64,000 nt of DNA from Yuukianura sp. NJ FZ-2021 (lineage: Eukaryota): NCBI GenBank assembly GCA_046563655.1, contig CM102284.1:4030001-4094000 (forward strand). Reading direction: 5' to 3'. The notes below the pieces were generated by a model. That model was not told the origin of the DNA. It worked only from the letters and a program-made list of their open reading frames with translations, and searched no databases. Below, piece after piece: positions 38,005 to 52,651 of the stretch (position 1 is its first letter; each line of letters starts with the position of its first letter). The position numbers and the translations under genes were made by a program.

Positions 38005-40733
38005 TCAAATGTAACTCTTTATTAGATCCAGGATTACGGGATAGTTGGGATGGAATTTGGCTTGACCTTTGGTATTCACGCCTTGAACATAAGTTTCTAC
38101 GCAAGATTTGATTAATGCCATCTTCTCCTTCTCTGAATGCTCCCCAAGCCATTGTAAGTATCGAGCAATTGTCCATTTGTTGACCTGTTCGGATCCATAA
38201 AATTTATATGAAACGAACACATTTCCTTATCGTTAGAATCAGAATATCCTTACCACATTTGGAGATTTGATTTCCTTGTTAGTTTGATTAAGAATCAAAT
38301 GTAAAACACAGCTAGCTGGTACAACGGAACCAACTAAGTTGGACCCCTTAATTTCATCGACGTCCATTCGTAGGAGAGACTTGAAGGCTCGCAGAAAACG
38401 GAGGTCGTCTTGGCCGACTGGACAGATGGGTACCAATGCTACCTCGACATGATTCAAATCCAGCATCAACTGTTTCCGAGTCTCCATATCCAAGGTGGAA
38501 ACGAGCGTAATGTTGGTCACGAGTAACGTAATCGTTCTGTTGGATAATTTCTGGGAACTGAAAATATTAACGATGAGTTTATAGCTTGTATTATTTTCAG
38601 TAATCTCTCAGTGTCTACCTTTTCAAAACGGCTTCATTCGTTCCGAATAGAGCAAGGTAATCCTTGGCTATTCTTTGCAAAAAGCTGGACAACTCGCCCA
38701 TGTACAAGGAATATTCGGCAGTCTTTGATGTTCTACAAGCAAAAAGGAACATGGATAACTTAAAATACTTTTATACTTTCAGTACAAAGTTCAGTACAAA
38801 GCGAGATGATGATTGGTTGGTTACCGTTTAAAATTTTCTTGATGCATCGTTAGTATTATTGCTTCAACGGTTTGTCCGATTGCCTGCATCAGTGGATTGA
38901 GTATGTTGTCCATTAGAGTAGCAATCGGTTCATGATGTTCTGATTCCAGTTTCGACTTTAAGTGGTCTAAAAGGCGAACGAGTCGGCCGTTGGAAACTTG
39001 TGCTTCTGTGGCAGGCCCTGCATGAAGAACAATTTGCATCACATGATCAAAATTGAAGCGCATAACCATTAATTGAAGTATTTGAAGTAATTGAAAGTGA
39101 AACGAGTAACTAACCTATAACTTGTGTAGCAGAACCATCATTGACAACTAGTTGCTCCACTCGGACACAGACCAACTGAATCGTTTTGGCGACATTTCGA
39201 GCAACTAATTTCTTAAGCATGGCATCCTCCAGGTTGCTTGCCTGATTTATGAGTTGGATAAGGGAGTCCACATCGGTCAGACTCGGGCATGTCACGAACA
39301 TGTGATTGACCGCATCAAATAGTTTTGCTAACGATTTCGAAAGAAATGCTTTCTCATAGCCAAGTGTCACTCCACGGAGACCCGATTTCAGCCTGCAAAG
39401 ATCAGAAACAAACTAAAGTGGCACCTTCATGAAAAAATTGTAGTTAAAATATATTACCGGACAGTCGTGTTCAAACCATTGCAATTCTCAATTTGGTCAG
39501 CCATGGAGCTAACAATAGATAAAAGTTTAGGGAACTGATCCTGAAATAATAATTTAACAGCTTCATGATCAGTTGACCCCAAGTTCTGAACCAGTGTCTC
39601 CATCAGTCCATTCCAAAACTTCGTCATCATATTTTCGTCAATGAAGGTACTGAAGGTGTAGTTGGAATTAATGTCCTTTCCAGTCCTCAGGACGTGGTCT
39701 ATGAACTTTACTTTGTTTGCTTGTGCGATAAGTTTCGTTGCAAATGATTCCAAGTTTGACCAAACTTGCTTTTGCTGTTCCTCCGATAAAGTCGCAGCGA
39801 AAGCAGAAGCTCTACCGGGTTGTGTGGATCCAGCTACAGGAGGTTTTTCTTGGCTCTTCGGAAACGTTATGCACACCTTCACGTCCCGTAAAACTTGCTT
39901 CTCTGTGTCAGTCAAAATCTTTTCAATCTTCGGACCCAGTTTCTTCAAATTGACAAGGATTTGTAACGCACTTGAAACCTGCGGCAATAAAGTAAGCATT
40001 TCAGATTTCAGCTTTGGAATGGAATGACATAAGTAATTTGAACAGACTTGATTGAAGGATCCTGCCACGAGACCCTGCATCATCATATTCTCCGTCTGCT
40101 TTTCAATATTCTGTGATAAAGAATTTGCCTTCTCCCTGTATGGCTTCAGCTTCTGAAGGTCAGCACTGATGCAAAGAGTTTCTAAGGAATACATTGCAAA
40201 AATTATTAAGTCCTAATTCGCAACATTTCGGCCTTGATTTATGACTTTGCTTACCAATGGTTTCCACATGCTTTGCAACTTCCGCCAAGTTCCGTTCACC
40301 TTCAATAAGGGCATTTAGTTGCAGTACTTTCTTGAATACCCCGATTTTCTGCACAGCAGTATACAAATTCTCTTGTTTGGTAACAAGCAATTGAAGTCTA
40401 GTGTAAAGGTTTTCCAGTGAATTGCTTGTCCTCTGGACATTGGTTAAACAATTCTTCGTTCGTGACATCGTTTTGCTCACAACCTCATCTAGCTGTTCCA
40501 CATTAGATGTCTGAGACAAAAGATCGTTGTGGTGTTTGGTTACGTTTGCATGGATCTCCGACTCGATTTTAGCAACATATGTTTGGAGCTCGGACAGCGA
40601 TTTGTCTTGATACGACGAAAGGATCTCTGAAAATACGAAATGCTCGGTTTAAATTTCATTTGAACAAAGCATGCTGAACATACCAACTTAAATACGACGT
40701 TTTGACATTACCGTCGATCAGGTCGTCGGCCAT
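38005..40733 (-). CDS. COG5: Conserved oligomeric Golgi complex subunit 5
   Basis: QFPKLL; YEKAFLSKSLAKLFDAVNHMF; VEAIILTMHQENF; LRFLRAFKSLL; C-terminus WTIARYLQWLGEHSEKEKMALIKSCVETYVQGV..FHPNYPVI. Confidence 0.88.
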
Positions 40734-41356
40734 TTTCGACGAATTTCTGGACCCGGGGCGGGATTACCACCTCAACCTCCAACCTCAAGGACGAACAACT
40801 GAATGTGACACGGTACTGTCTATAATCAGATTCGGAACTGCGACGTTCAACAGCAGTAAAAAGTGACCGATTAACAAAGTGTCAAGTCAAATAGCAAAGT
40901 CCTCAGTCCTCAATGTCCACTTCAATGTCAACTCCGCGCCACAGCTCAAGCACGAGAAAAAAAAATTATAAAATCCATAAGTTACAAATGCTATTATGAA
41001 TGTAAACAAGAATTTGAACGTGGCAAAGAACGCGCCCTCAAATAACAGAGAATGCCAAAACTTAACACTGCCAAGATGATTTTTAATTAGTCATTGAACG
41101 AATGAATTGTTCCGATTTATCTCAGTAAGACTAGAAATAATTCATGAATCCTCACCTCCAAGATTAATTCTGATTCATTCAAGTCCGAAAAATTTGTAAC
41201 ATTTTTTTAACCAAATCCAAGCAAAAACGAAATTAACCAGATACACAAAGCAGAACACAGGAAGAAGAGGGCTTCGGGTCCAAATGGTGAGCCTAGTTTT
41301 TGATGCTGTTAATCAACCAGTTAATTTCGGACAAATTATTTCTATTCCGGACATAA

Positions 41357-43082
<1,726 letters not shown>

Positions 43083-43715
43083 ATCGAACAGTGTTAACTT
43101 CTTCGAAATTCCACAACTATATTCAACATATAATCATCAGTGTTTACTAAAAACAACTGGCAGCCTTCGTCCCTTACCTTTTATAGTCCGCTAATCTTCT
43201 TGCAAATCTAAAATCCAAATCCAAAATGAAAACAAAAACTAATTTTTGCGGCTCACCTCCCAGCTAACTTAACGTTTACTTTCACCACCTAACGGAGTTG
43301 GGAAAATAGAAGAAATTCTTTTTAAAAACATGCATGTTGTATTAAAATATTAGTACAGAACTTAGTGTATTTCATACAATTAATAAATTTCATTGTCAAT
43401 CTAACTAATGAAATGAAGGTCGATTAACTGGTATTGACACACTGGAAACTTCCCGTGGCATTGGAGAGATTCGGTTAACATTTGAACATTATGAAGTTAA
43501 AGCAAAAAGAAAAACAAACATGCTTTATTCCGGATTATAAATAAAAGTATAACACAACCATTAAATCACTGAAAAAGAAAACTGAGGTTATCTGAAAATG
43601 CATGCAAAATTACTAGCAATTGGTTGCTATAAAGATCCTGGACCCAAACGTTGAAACGATGTCTCCAAGTCCAGTCCAGGAAACAAAGTATTGGCATGAA
43701 AATGGCGCAACTTGT

Positions 43716-46700
43716 TTAGCCACCTTTTTGAAAGATGCGCTGGACGTCTGGAAGGACCTTGAGTTTAGCAGCCAATGGAATGTAAGGACGTGGCTTATCC
43801 TTCTTCAAAGCTTTAGTAGAGCAAAACTGGGCGTAAAACTTGTAGATTTCTTCTTCACGCTGGGTCAACACGATGGTCAATTTGTCTCGTGGAATAAGCT
43901 TCACGTCACGAATGTGCAAGGCAGACGCAATACTTTGCGTGTTCTCGGGATGGAACGTACCTAAAATTGAAACAAAAAAAAACCAATAAACAATTTGTAC
44001 GAAAGTGTCCACCGATTTCAACTTTGAATTTGGCTTATGTTTTGAAAGTTACGTCTGTCGTGAGTCTTCCGCTTCTGGACTGGACCCATTCCAGCTTTTG
44101 CGCGCCACTCTGTCCAGAATTCGTCTCTCTTTCCAATGTACGTGTCAATCATCTTAATGGTTGAAGCCATCACTTCGCGGTCAAACGACAGAATGAAATT
44201 CTGCAACTCATCGGCAGTAGGAGGCCGATGTCGAGCAAATCCGTGGAACTCGATTTGATCCACCTTCATGATCTCCTTGAGCAGTGACGAAATGTCCTTC
44301 AAGTGGCGATATTCTCGAGTGTTGTAGCGAATCATGGCATAAGAGTTGTGATACTGGAAGAAAAACGTATGCAAATATAATTTAGACCTTACGCATGAAC
44401 TAAATGAGCATAGACTTACGTCTTCCAAGGAAATTCCAGATTTGAGACGCTTTTCCAGAATCTTGTGGCGAGTCAAGCAGCCTTTGCGGGTCTTGAAGGA
44501 AGTAAACTTCTTTGCAATTTGACTCCAGTCTCGCTTCATCGTTTTCTCAAATTCAATAAGCATTCTGTCTTCTTCCCTGTTGAAAAGGTTACAAAAAATT
44601 GCAAGCATTTGAAGAAAAATGCGTTTTTGAAAACATACAGAGTCCAGGGAACAATGTACTCCGCAAACAGATTTTCAGCTCTGTCGCGCCAAGCCGATTC
44701 GTATCTCCAAGGCAAGTATGCCGTCATGATTCCAAAATGCTTCTCTCGTCCAAAGTGGCCTTTGAGCTTTTCCAGCGTCAACATCATCAAACTATCTTCA
44801 ACTCTTGTAAATTTTCCAAAGTGAAGAACTGGATTCAACGATTTCTTGAATCTGAAAAACAAAGAAGTGCATGAAACGAAACGGTACGAAGAATTGAACT
44901 CTGGCATACCGTTCCTGAACTTGCTTCTTTGTTGCAATCACGTCGTTGACCTCGATAGCCGCTTTGTCCCAACTATACTTCTTGACAACTTCGCGAATCG
45001 CATCTTCCTTCTCAGGCGTCCAGACCATCTTTTGAGTTGACTTGCACATCTTACGCCATTTGTAAAAAACGACAAATTCCGGTCTCGGTTTTGGCAAGTA
45101 AGCGGAAACAGCTTTCCATTCTTCAAAATCTGCTGCATGTTTCTGCATTTCATAAAAACGACATAAATATTCTCGACTATAATTTCAAAACTGAAAATAG
45201 TTGCAGAACCTTCAAGATGTGTTTTTCCAAAGTGCTCCAATGTCGCTTATTCTCAAATGCTGGATTGGCGATATGCTCAAAACACCTTTTGCAATCTTCC
45301 GGCACTCGCAGCTTCTTAGTCCGATTCATCTGGTGAATTAAGTTATAAATTGTCAAAACTCAATCACTAATCACTTTGTATGGAAAAGAATTCAATGGCC
45401 AATTCATTACCAATTCTGCAGAAACAATGTTCCAATCAATATCTTCCGGAGTGAAATTCTCGCCAAAAATCTGATCGTACTTCAATTGCGAAATACGCTT
45501 GTTCTCTTTCTGCAACCAACTGCGGACCTCTGCGAAAGTACGGCAAGTTCGCAAAGAAAGCGGCATGTGCTCAAATCCCGGAGTATCCACAGGTACAAGT
45601 TCAGCCTGTTTTGCTTGAACAGCAGTTTTCTTTGCCAGAACAGCTTTGTTTTTGGAACCTTTGCGACCACGACCAGACTTCTTGTATCCGTCCTTCTTAG
45701 TTTGTTCCCAAGTCTTGCCGTTTTGGTTAACTTCTTTCAAGGTTTCTTGACCTTCAGTGCCAGTGGCATCATTCAAATTTTGGAGAAATGTATTCATGAT
45801 GTCAGCCAGATCCTTTGCATCACTCAGCATCTTCTCCAAAATGGTCTTCAGCAGACTTTGTCGTAGTTCCGCAACGTCCTTCACGGTCCCTATACGCAAA
45901 TAAAAAAAAAACACGGTTGAAATAAACATTAGCGACCATTACTGCAGTCCAACGGTGTAGCCACTCTGCGGAAATGAACTCTGCGGAATGGGTACAAGGA
46001 CGGTAGTTAAAGTTTACCTCAACAAAACAAAAATTAGTTATCTTTTCAAAAAGGCTTTCGTTTTTTACTTACATTTCTTTTTCATGGCCATAATTGTGGT
46101 GATGATGTTGGTTGAAGGCTCTTTGTCGAAGATTTGAGGAGCCACGATGCGCAAACGCCAATCTTTGAAGTACGGAATGTTCAGAGTGTGCCTAAGCGGT
46201 TTGAGGCCCCAGTTACTGCTTTCGTCAAATTCCGGCGGATTGGCTGTTGCACATAACTTGTACAGGCTCCAGTAATCCTAAAATTGGAGTCGACAAATGA
46301 AACAGCATTGGCGTAGCATAACTTATGTTTAACAATTACACTAACTATAACATGTTAAAACTACTTGCACTTACAATGACTGTATTTTTCTCCGCAATCT
46401 TTTTGTACATTCGGGTCTCCCAATCCGTGATTGTCACCTTGAATGATGAGGCATGTAGAAAAGTACTCAAAAACGCAGTGATAGTATTAGTGGTACAAGC
46501 TGTAATTTGAGAGGGAAGAATTAGAGCTGCGTCAACACAAAATTAGAGTTAAAGTTATAGTTTTTTTTTTACTTTTAATCAGTTGTATGAAGTTCTGGAT
46601 TCTCGTTTCCTGTGGCTGGGTCAACATTTCCTCCCAGTGGGCTCTGAAAACGTCTTTGAGACATTCCAGTGCAGATTGAGTCGACACGGTAGAGGATCCG

Positions 46701-47234
46701 GATCGTAGCAAGTTCTCCATCTTGGTTACCCACAGCTTCCGTATGCTGTCGTTCATGTTGTAGCCAACCTTATTGGAGATTCTGGTAGACCGACGAGCTC
46801 GCTTCGGCGAAATACTGGAGCACTTCTGAACTTTGGAGCACAGCATTTTCTCAGCATCTCGTTTCCCAAGTGTCCTGGTCATTCCTGGCAAAAACAGGCA
46901 TCATGTTCATAAAAACATCAAAAATTGTCAACATTCTCACCAAAAACTCAGAACAAAAGTTACCTCTAGCTTTGCCGAAAAGTTCGGCTGGAGAAAATGA
47001 CGGAGCGACATACAGCTTCCGAAATCTACGTACTGGAGCCACTGACACGGGAAATCCAGGCGGCATTTTCGGTGGTCCTTTGTCTTCTTCCAAATTCGGC
47101 TTCGGTTTGCCCTCATTGTCAAAATTGGCAATGATTTCTTCTACGTCCGACTCATCTGCATCTCCTTTTTCCAATTCCTCAAAGAACTCGTCGTTACTGC
47201 CATTCTGATCTTCTTCATCTTCGTATCTCTCCAT
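43716..47234 (-). CDS. SNAPC4: snRNA-activating protein complex subunit 4 (SNAP190)-like Myb-repeat protein
   Basis: IPYFKDW motif; tandem Myb-like repeats (IDWNIVS, WSTLEK, WKAVS, WTPEKED..WDKAA..QVQERFKKSLNP..FTRVED, WSQIAK); 3' end approximate. Confidence 0.7.
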
Positions 47235-48001
47235 CGTTTGATTGATTGTTGGGAAACAATCAAGAATCAACCGGAGTCCGAATTCGGAGTTTTAAGGTTG
47301 AGGGTATGTCCAAATGGAACCTAGTTTTCCCAGAATTGATTTCAAGATTAGTTTGAATTAATTGAAGACGATAGTGAATAATCGAAACTTACCAAGAAGT
47401 CGACCAGTTAAGTACGATTGTTCAACAGCAGCTGCAGCAGCAAAGACGCTCATAAACTTCAGGTCACGTTAGGAATAAGGTTGAATTTTTGAGAAACCAT
47501 TACCCTAGGCCTCACGCCGACAGACAAACACGCCGCACTGCTGCTGCCACGCCTCAACGGGACTTGCATGGCACCTTGCAGCTCCAGCATCTCCTCCCCA
47601 AGTCCCCACCCTACTTTTCCTATACGTTATGCTAATTTAACCGGTAAATGACGTCACAGTGCAATTATACCGAACGATGAACTATGAATATATTTGAATA
47701 CTAAATTAGGTGGCTCGTCCAGAATGTTCTGCAGACGCCACGCAGTCTCTCTGGATTCTGGAATAGTGCAAATTTCAAAAAAAGTCGCTAGATAGCGCTA
47801 CAGTGCACTATATTTTCAAGGAAGGACGCTATAAATTGAAAACAATTACTAATCGTTATACTCTATAGTAATATTTTGATATATTTTAATATCTGCCACT
47901 GCCATTGGTTTATTGAAAACTCCTTTATGCCCTTAGAATGTTGTGTGGAATTCGGATATTTTTAATTGTTATGTTGCTCTCATATCAATCGAGGTTGAGG
48001 T

Positions 48002-49072
48002 TTAGCTTTCTCCCTTCAAAGTGGAGATTAATTCGTTTGACTCCACGAGTTCCTTGACAATGTCTAAACCACCGATGAGTTCACCTTTGACGTATACCTG
48101 AGGATAGGTTTGCCAGTTGGAGAAGGTCTTGAGTCCTTGGCGAACTTCTTCGTCTTCTAAGATGTCGAAAGTCTCGAATGGAATTCTGAAAAATTAGACC
48201 AAAGTAAAGTGAAATGTTTCGTTAAGATTTTTTATGCAAAATGTGAAAGTTCAGTAACTGAACTTCGTTTAGAGTTACCCTGTGTCCTTTAGAATGCCCA
48301 TGAGTGTGCGCGAGAATCCACATCGTGGAACGTCCGGATTCCCTTTCATGAAAACCATCACGTCATGTTTGACCACCAAGGCCTTCAGACGATCTTCTAG
48401 AGAACCCTCCTTTCGAGGTTCCTTGGTCACCGTGACGGGCTTTGGCTCCACTGTTCTAACTCCATTTTCAGATTTAGATATCTAAAAAGTAGTGATGTAT
48501 CTTTTGAATTTAAAGAATTGGGAACTGTAAATAATGTTAAAACAAGTAATGCATCTGTTACGTTGGATTTTATAGCATCGACAAGTGCTGTCTTCCTGAG
48601 CCCCTCAATTCTACCAACTTCATTCCCACCAGTCGTCAATAAAAGAACTGTAGGGACAGCCAGGATCTTGTACTTCATCGAAGTAGCTGGTAAACTTTCG
48701 GCGTTAACTTCAGCGAATGCGACTCCCTACAAGAAAAAAAGTCGGAATTTGTGAATTATGCAGCGGAAGTTCGTTTTTGAAAAACAGAAATACAGTAACC
48801 TACCGAATTCCCCTGGTCGTTCTTCAGTTCCACAAGAATTCCAGTCATTTCCTTGCATGGGTTGGACCAATCGGATTTGAAGTGGATAACTTTAAGATGG
48901 CTGTCGCCTGGTGTTTCCGCACTGATAAAAACAATTTACATGTTAAGTCACATTCTTCCAACACTTCATTCATTTATGATTGTCGTATAAACTTCCTGTT
49001 TGGAGAACCGAAAACTTACCTTAAGAAATTCTCGACAGCTTCCTCAGTTTTTAAATCTTCGATTGTTGTCAT
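48002..49072 (-). CDS. GLRX3: Glutaredoxin-3 (PICOT): Trx-like domain + one monothiol Grx domain
   Basis: [78 protein letters not shown]. Confidence 0.95.
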
Positions 49073-49139
49073 TGTCAGTTATTTTATTTTATAAATCGAA
49101 TCCGGTATGAAAATGAATAGTGGTATCCGTGGATAAATA

Positions 49140-49897
49140 CTGTCCCTCAGCAGCTATAAACGACCCTCTGGAAATGAGGAATTATGGCGGCTTGTCAAAA
49201 AAATAGGTCCACAAAAATAAAATTCACCGTTTTTCAATAAAGCGGTTTTCCTGCCACAGATTGTTCAAAATTTTTATTCTTTCACAATTTTGAACTTTTT
49301 TCAAAATTTTGAACATTTTTTGTCAAAATTTTGAAGTTTTTTCAAAATTTTGAACTTTTTACAAAAATTTCGAACTTTTTCCAAAAACTTTAACTTTTTT
49401 CAAAATTTTGAACTTTTTTTCAAAATTTTGAACAATTTTCAAAATTTTGAACTTTTCTCAAAATTTTGAACTTTTTCTCAAAATTTTGAAGTTTTTTCAA
49501 AAACTAACTTTTGCACTTTTTTCAAGATTTTTCAAAAATTTTTCACTTTTTTCAAGATTTTTCAAAATTTTGACCTTTTTTCAAAATTTTGAAAAAAGGT
49601 CAAAATTTTGAAAAATCTTGAAAAAAGTGAAAAATTTTTGAAAAAAGTTAGTTTTTGAAAAAACTTCAAAATTTTGAGAAAAAGTTCAAAATTTTGAAAA
49701 AACTTCAAAATTTTGAGAAAGTGTTCAAAATCTTGAAAAAAGTTCAAAATTGTGAAAGAATAAAAATTTTGAACAATCTGTGGCAGGAAAACCGCTTTAT
49801 TGAAAAACGGTGAATTTTATTTTTGTGGACCTATTTTTTTGACAAGCCGCCATAATTCCTCATTTCCAGAGGGTCGTTTATAGCTGCTGAGGGACAG
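49140..49897. mobile_element. Non-autonomous foldback/MITE-like element, 758 bp, flanked by TA on both sides
   Basis: 49140-49304 is the exact reverse complement of 49733-49897; interior is ~20-bp TTTTTTCAAAATTTTGAAC subrepeats mirrored about 49586/49587; TA at 49138-49139 and 49898-49899; no ORF. Confidence 0.85.
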
Positions 49898-50985
49898 TAG
49901 ACTGCGTTCGCTACAAAAAGAAAACATGGCAATTAGAATAGTAAATGACTTCGATATTGACATTGTTAGCAGAAAACTTTTAACACAGTCAATTCGTCAC
50001 GCTTATGTCTTACCTGTGACACGAGAACTAACCCAAACAAAGTGACAGGTCAAAGTTCAAATCCGCTAAAACAAGAATCAAAATACTACACTACAGACTA
50101 CAGTTATTAGTTGATTTGCAAAAAAATAAAGTGAAACGAAAAAAAAAATTTCTCCCGATTTTGGATTTGCAAAATTTTCTCCCGCCTTTTTTTCAAAACA
50201 TCCAAAAGTACTCAAGCGTCCGTCACTCTCTTATCGATATGAATAAATAGCAGAAAATATAACTTCTCTGCTTTGCTCAACTATACGACCGCTCACATTT
50301 TTTCCAAAATATGCCCATGCCTCAATGAATTCAATTTTCGAAATGTGAGTTCTAGGCTTGTCTTCCAAAAAACTTTATTGAAAATTTGAATTGAAAATAT
50401 TTAATAGTGAAAGTGCTATATTATAGTATATAACAGTACTTGTATTACACTTTCATCATTACAAAATAGTCTGCTTCAACTACGCCGTAATCGGCAATAA
50501 CTCGTAGTACTAAAAAAAATACTGTAAAACCGAGATGTAAAGACACAAGTCTGTGGCATGGCAAGATGCAGGAAACACGTTTCGAGATTAATTTATTTCA
50601 AAACCTCTTTACTTAGATTAATTTAAAAACATGTTTTTGATATATTTGCAATTGAAAGCTACTATTGGGTTTGGCAAGGATTAGGCAGTAAAAGAAACCA
50701 AGGTCAAGGTGACGATATCAATTATAGCTTTAAATGTCCGCGTTTTCAGCCAAGTATGAACTGCTTACTAAACTGCTGTGAACCTACTTACTACACTTTC
50801 TAACAGAAACTTTTAAAACAAGACCACCACCTACCACTTGGCTTGGCAAGTGCTTGGAACTCAACATTTTGTGGTTGTGGCACCGCACGAGCTATTATTA
50901 GGACAAATTCCAAGACGCAGTCGGCTACGGTGCGTTCTGAGTGGATTCTCTTCATCTCGGACCGAAATCTTACTTAAATTTCAAA

Positions 50986-52326
50986 ATGAGCAAGGTTTTT
51001 GAACTGAATGATGGTACGAAGATTCCGAGTTTTGGAGTAGGAACGGCACTCGTAAGGAAAAAAAATCATAATTTCGAATTTGAAATTTTCTTTTCATATT
51101 GAAAATGATTTTTTTGTAAGGTTAACGAAGACAATGGACTTGAAGAGATGCTGAACAATGCTCTGGAAGCAGGAATTCGACACTTTGACACTGCATTTTT
51201 CGACCAAAATGAATGCGTTATTGGGAAAGTGTTTCAATCGTGGTTGTCTTCAGGAAGATTGCGACGAGAAGATCTCTACGTTGTGTCAAAAGTAATTTTT
51301 CAAAAATTATTCACAAATCTGAAAATTCACCGATGCGTTTAAAAATTTTCGTGTATTTTCTGTTTTATGAAAATAGCTTCCTGCAATTGGCATGTGGTCT
51401 TACCGCGTCAACGAATTTTTGAAACTGTCTTTACAAAACCTTGGGCTAGATTACGTCGATCTGTACGTTATTCAAGGTCCATATGGATTCCAGTACATTG
51501 ATGTTAGTGAAGTACTTCCAGTGGATGCCAGTGGAAATGTTATTCTGGACACTCAGACCCATTTGGAAGCCATTTGGAAAGCAATGGAGGTTGAAGTGAA
51601 GCGCGGAAGAACGAAATCTATTGGAATTTCAAATTTTAATGAAAAGCAACTCCAGCGAATTTTGAAATCATGTAGAATTCCACCGGCAGTGCTGCAGGTC
51701 AGGTCAACTTAACACAAATTCAATTAGCCTTTTGCAATTTTTATTGATCTTAGGTTGACGCCAACATGTATGCTCATCAACAGACGCTAAAGTCACTTTG
51801 TGACGAGTACAGAATTACATTAAGTGTTTCCACAACCTCCACCAATGGAATTTCAGCACTTTTCAGCGACCAAGCACTGGTAGATCGTATTAGTCAGAAA
51901 TACGGTAAATCAGCGATTGAAATCGCTTTCAGCTTCCTTATCCAGCTGGGAACTGTGGTCGTTCAAAATGCAACACCTGAAGATGTAACTCACGCGGTAT
52001 GCAATTCTTAAAATCATGTGTGAAAATCAAACGCCTTTGAAATGGATTTATAGATTTTTTCAGTTGCTCGTATTTGTGTACCCTCAGATGCTAGAGTTCG
52101 AATTGAGCCAAAGTGACATAGATGCTTTGAGGAATTCGGGAGTGTCGAAGTTTGCACTGGAATCCTTGGCCAGTACACCGCCCGGGTAACAATTTTTCAA
52201 AATTTTGTCACAACTGCAACTGGTTTGATTTTTTTTACGTGACAAAATGACGTTGTTGTTTATAGAGTTGAACATCACCCGGAATTTCCTTGGAAGGATT
52301 TGTTGCTTTCAAATTGCAAATGTTGA
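50986..52326 (+). CDS. Aldo-keto reductase family protein (divergent active site)
   Basis: LNDGTKIPSFGVGT; AGIRHFDTA; LRREDLYVVSKL; SLQNLGLDYVDLYVI; WKAMEVEVKRGRTKSIGISNFN; ends HPEFPW..C*. Confidence 0.9.
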
Positions 52327-52651
52327 CCAAAACAATGCACTTTGTTGTTTTGCTCCAACCAGATCATGCTGAACCTGATAAATTACTAAAAAAAAGTAAC
52401 TAAAAATGTGTCTATTTTTGATACAGCCGCAGCGTTGACTTTGTGAAATTGGCGAAACGGGGGTTAAGGTAAGGTTTAACGATCATGATTGTAACCACTT
52501 TACCACTATGTGAATGTAATGAAATGACGGTCGTCAATTCTTATATGTCAATCGCGACTTCACAACGGCTATTAGAATTAATTTGGTATAGATCCCAATA
52601 AAATTTTAGTTTAATTAAAGCATTTTTGCTTTCATAAGTTAACATTTGTAA

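Noticed and set aside
49290-49745. CRISPR-like regularly spaced repeats
   Set aside because: No unique spacers, mirror-symmetric, eukaryotic context, no cas genes
49562-49747. 61-aa F/K/L-rich ORF
   Set aside because: Translation of the foldback subrepeats
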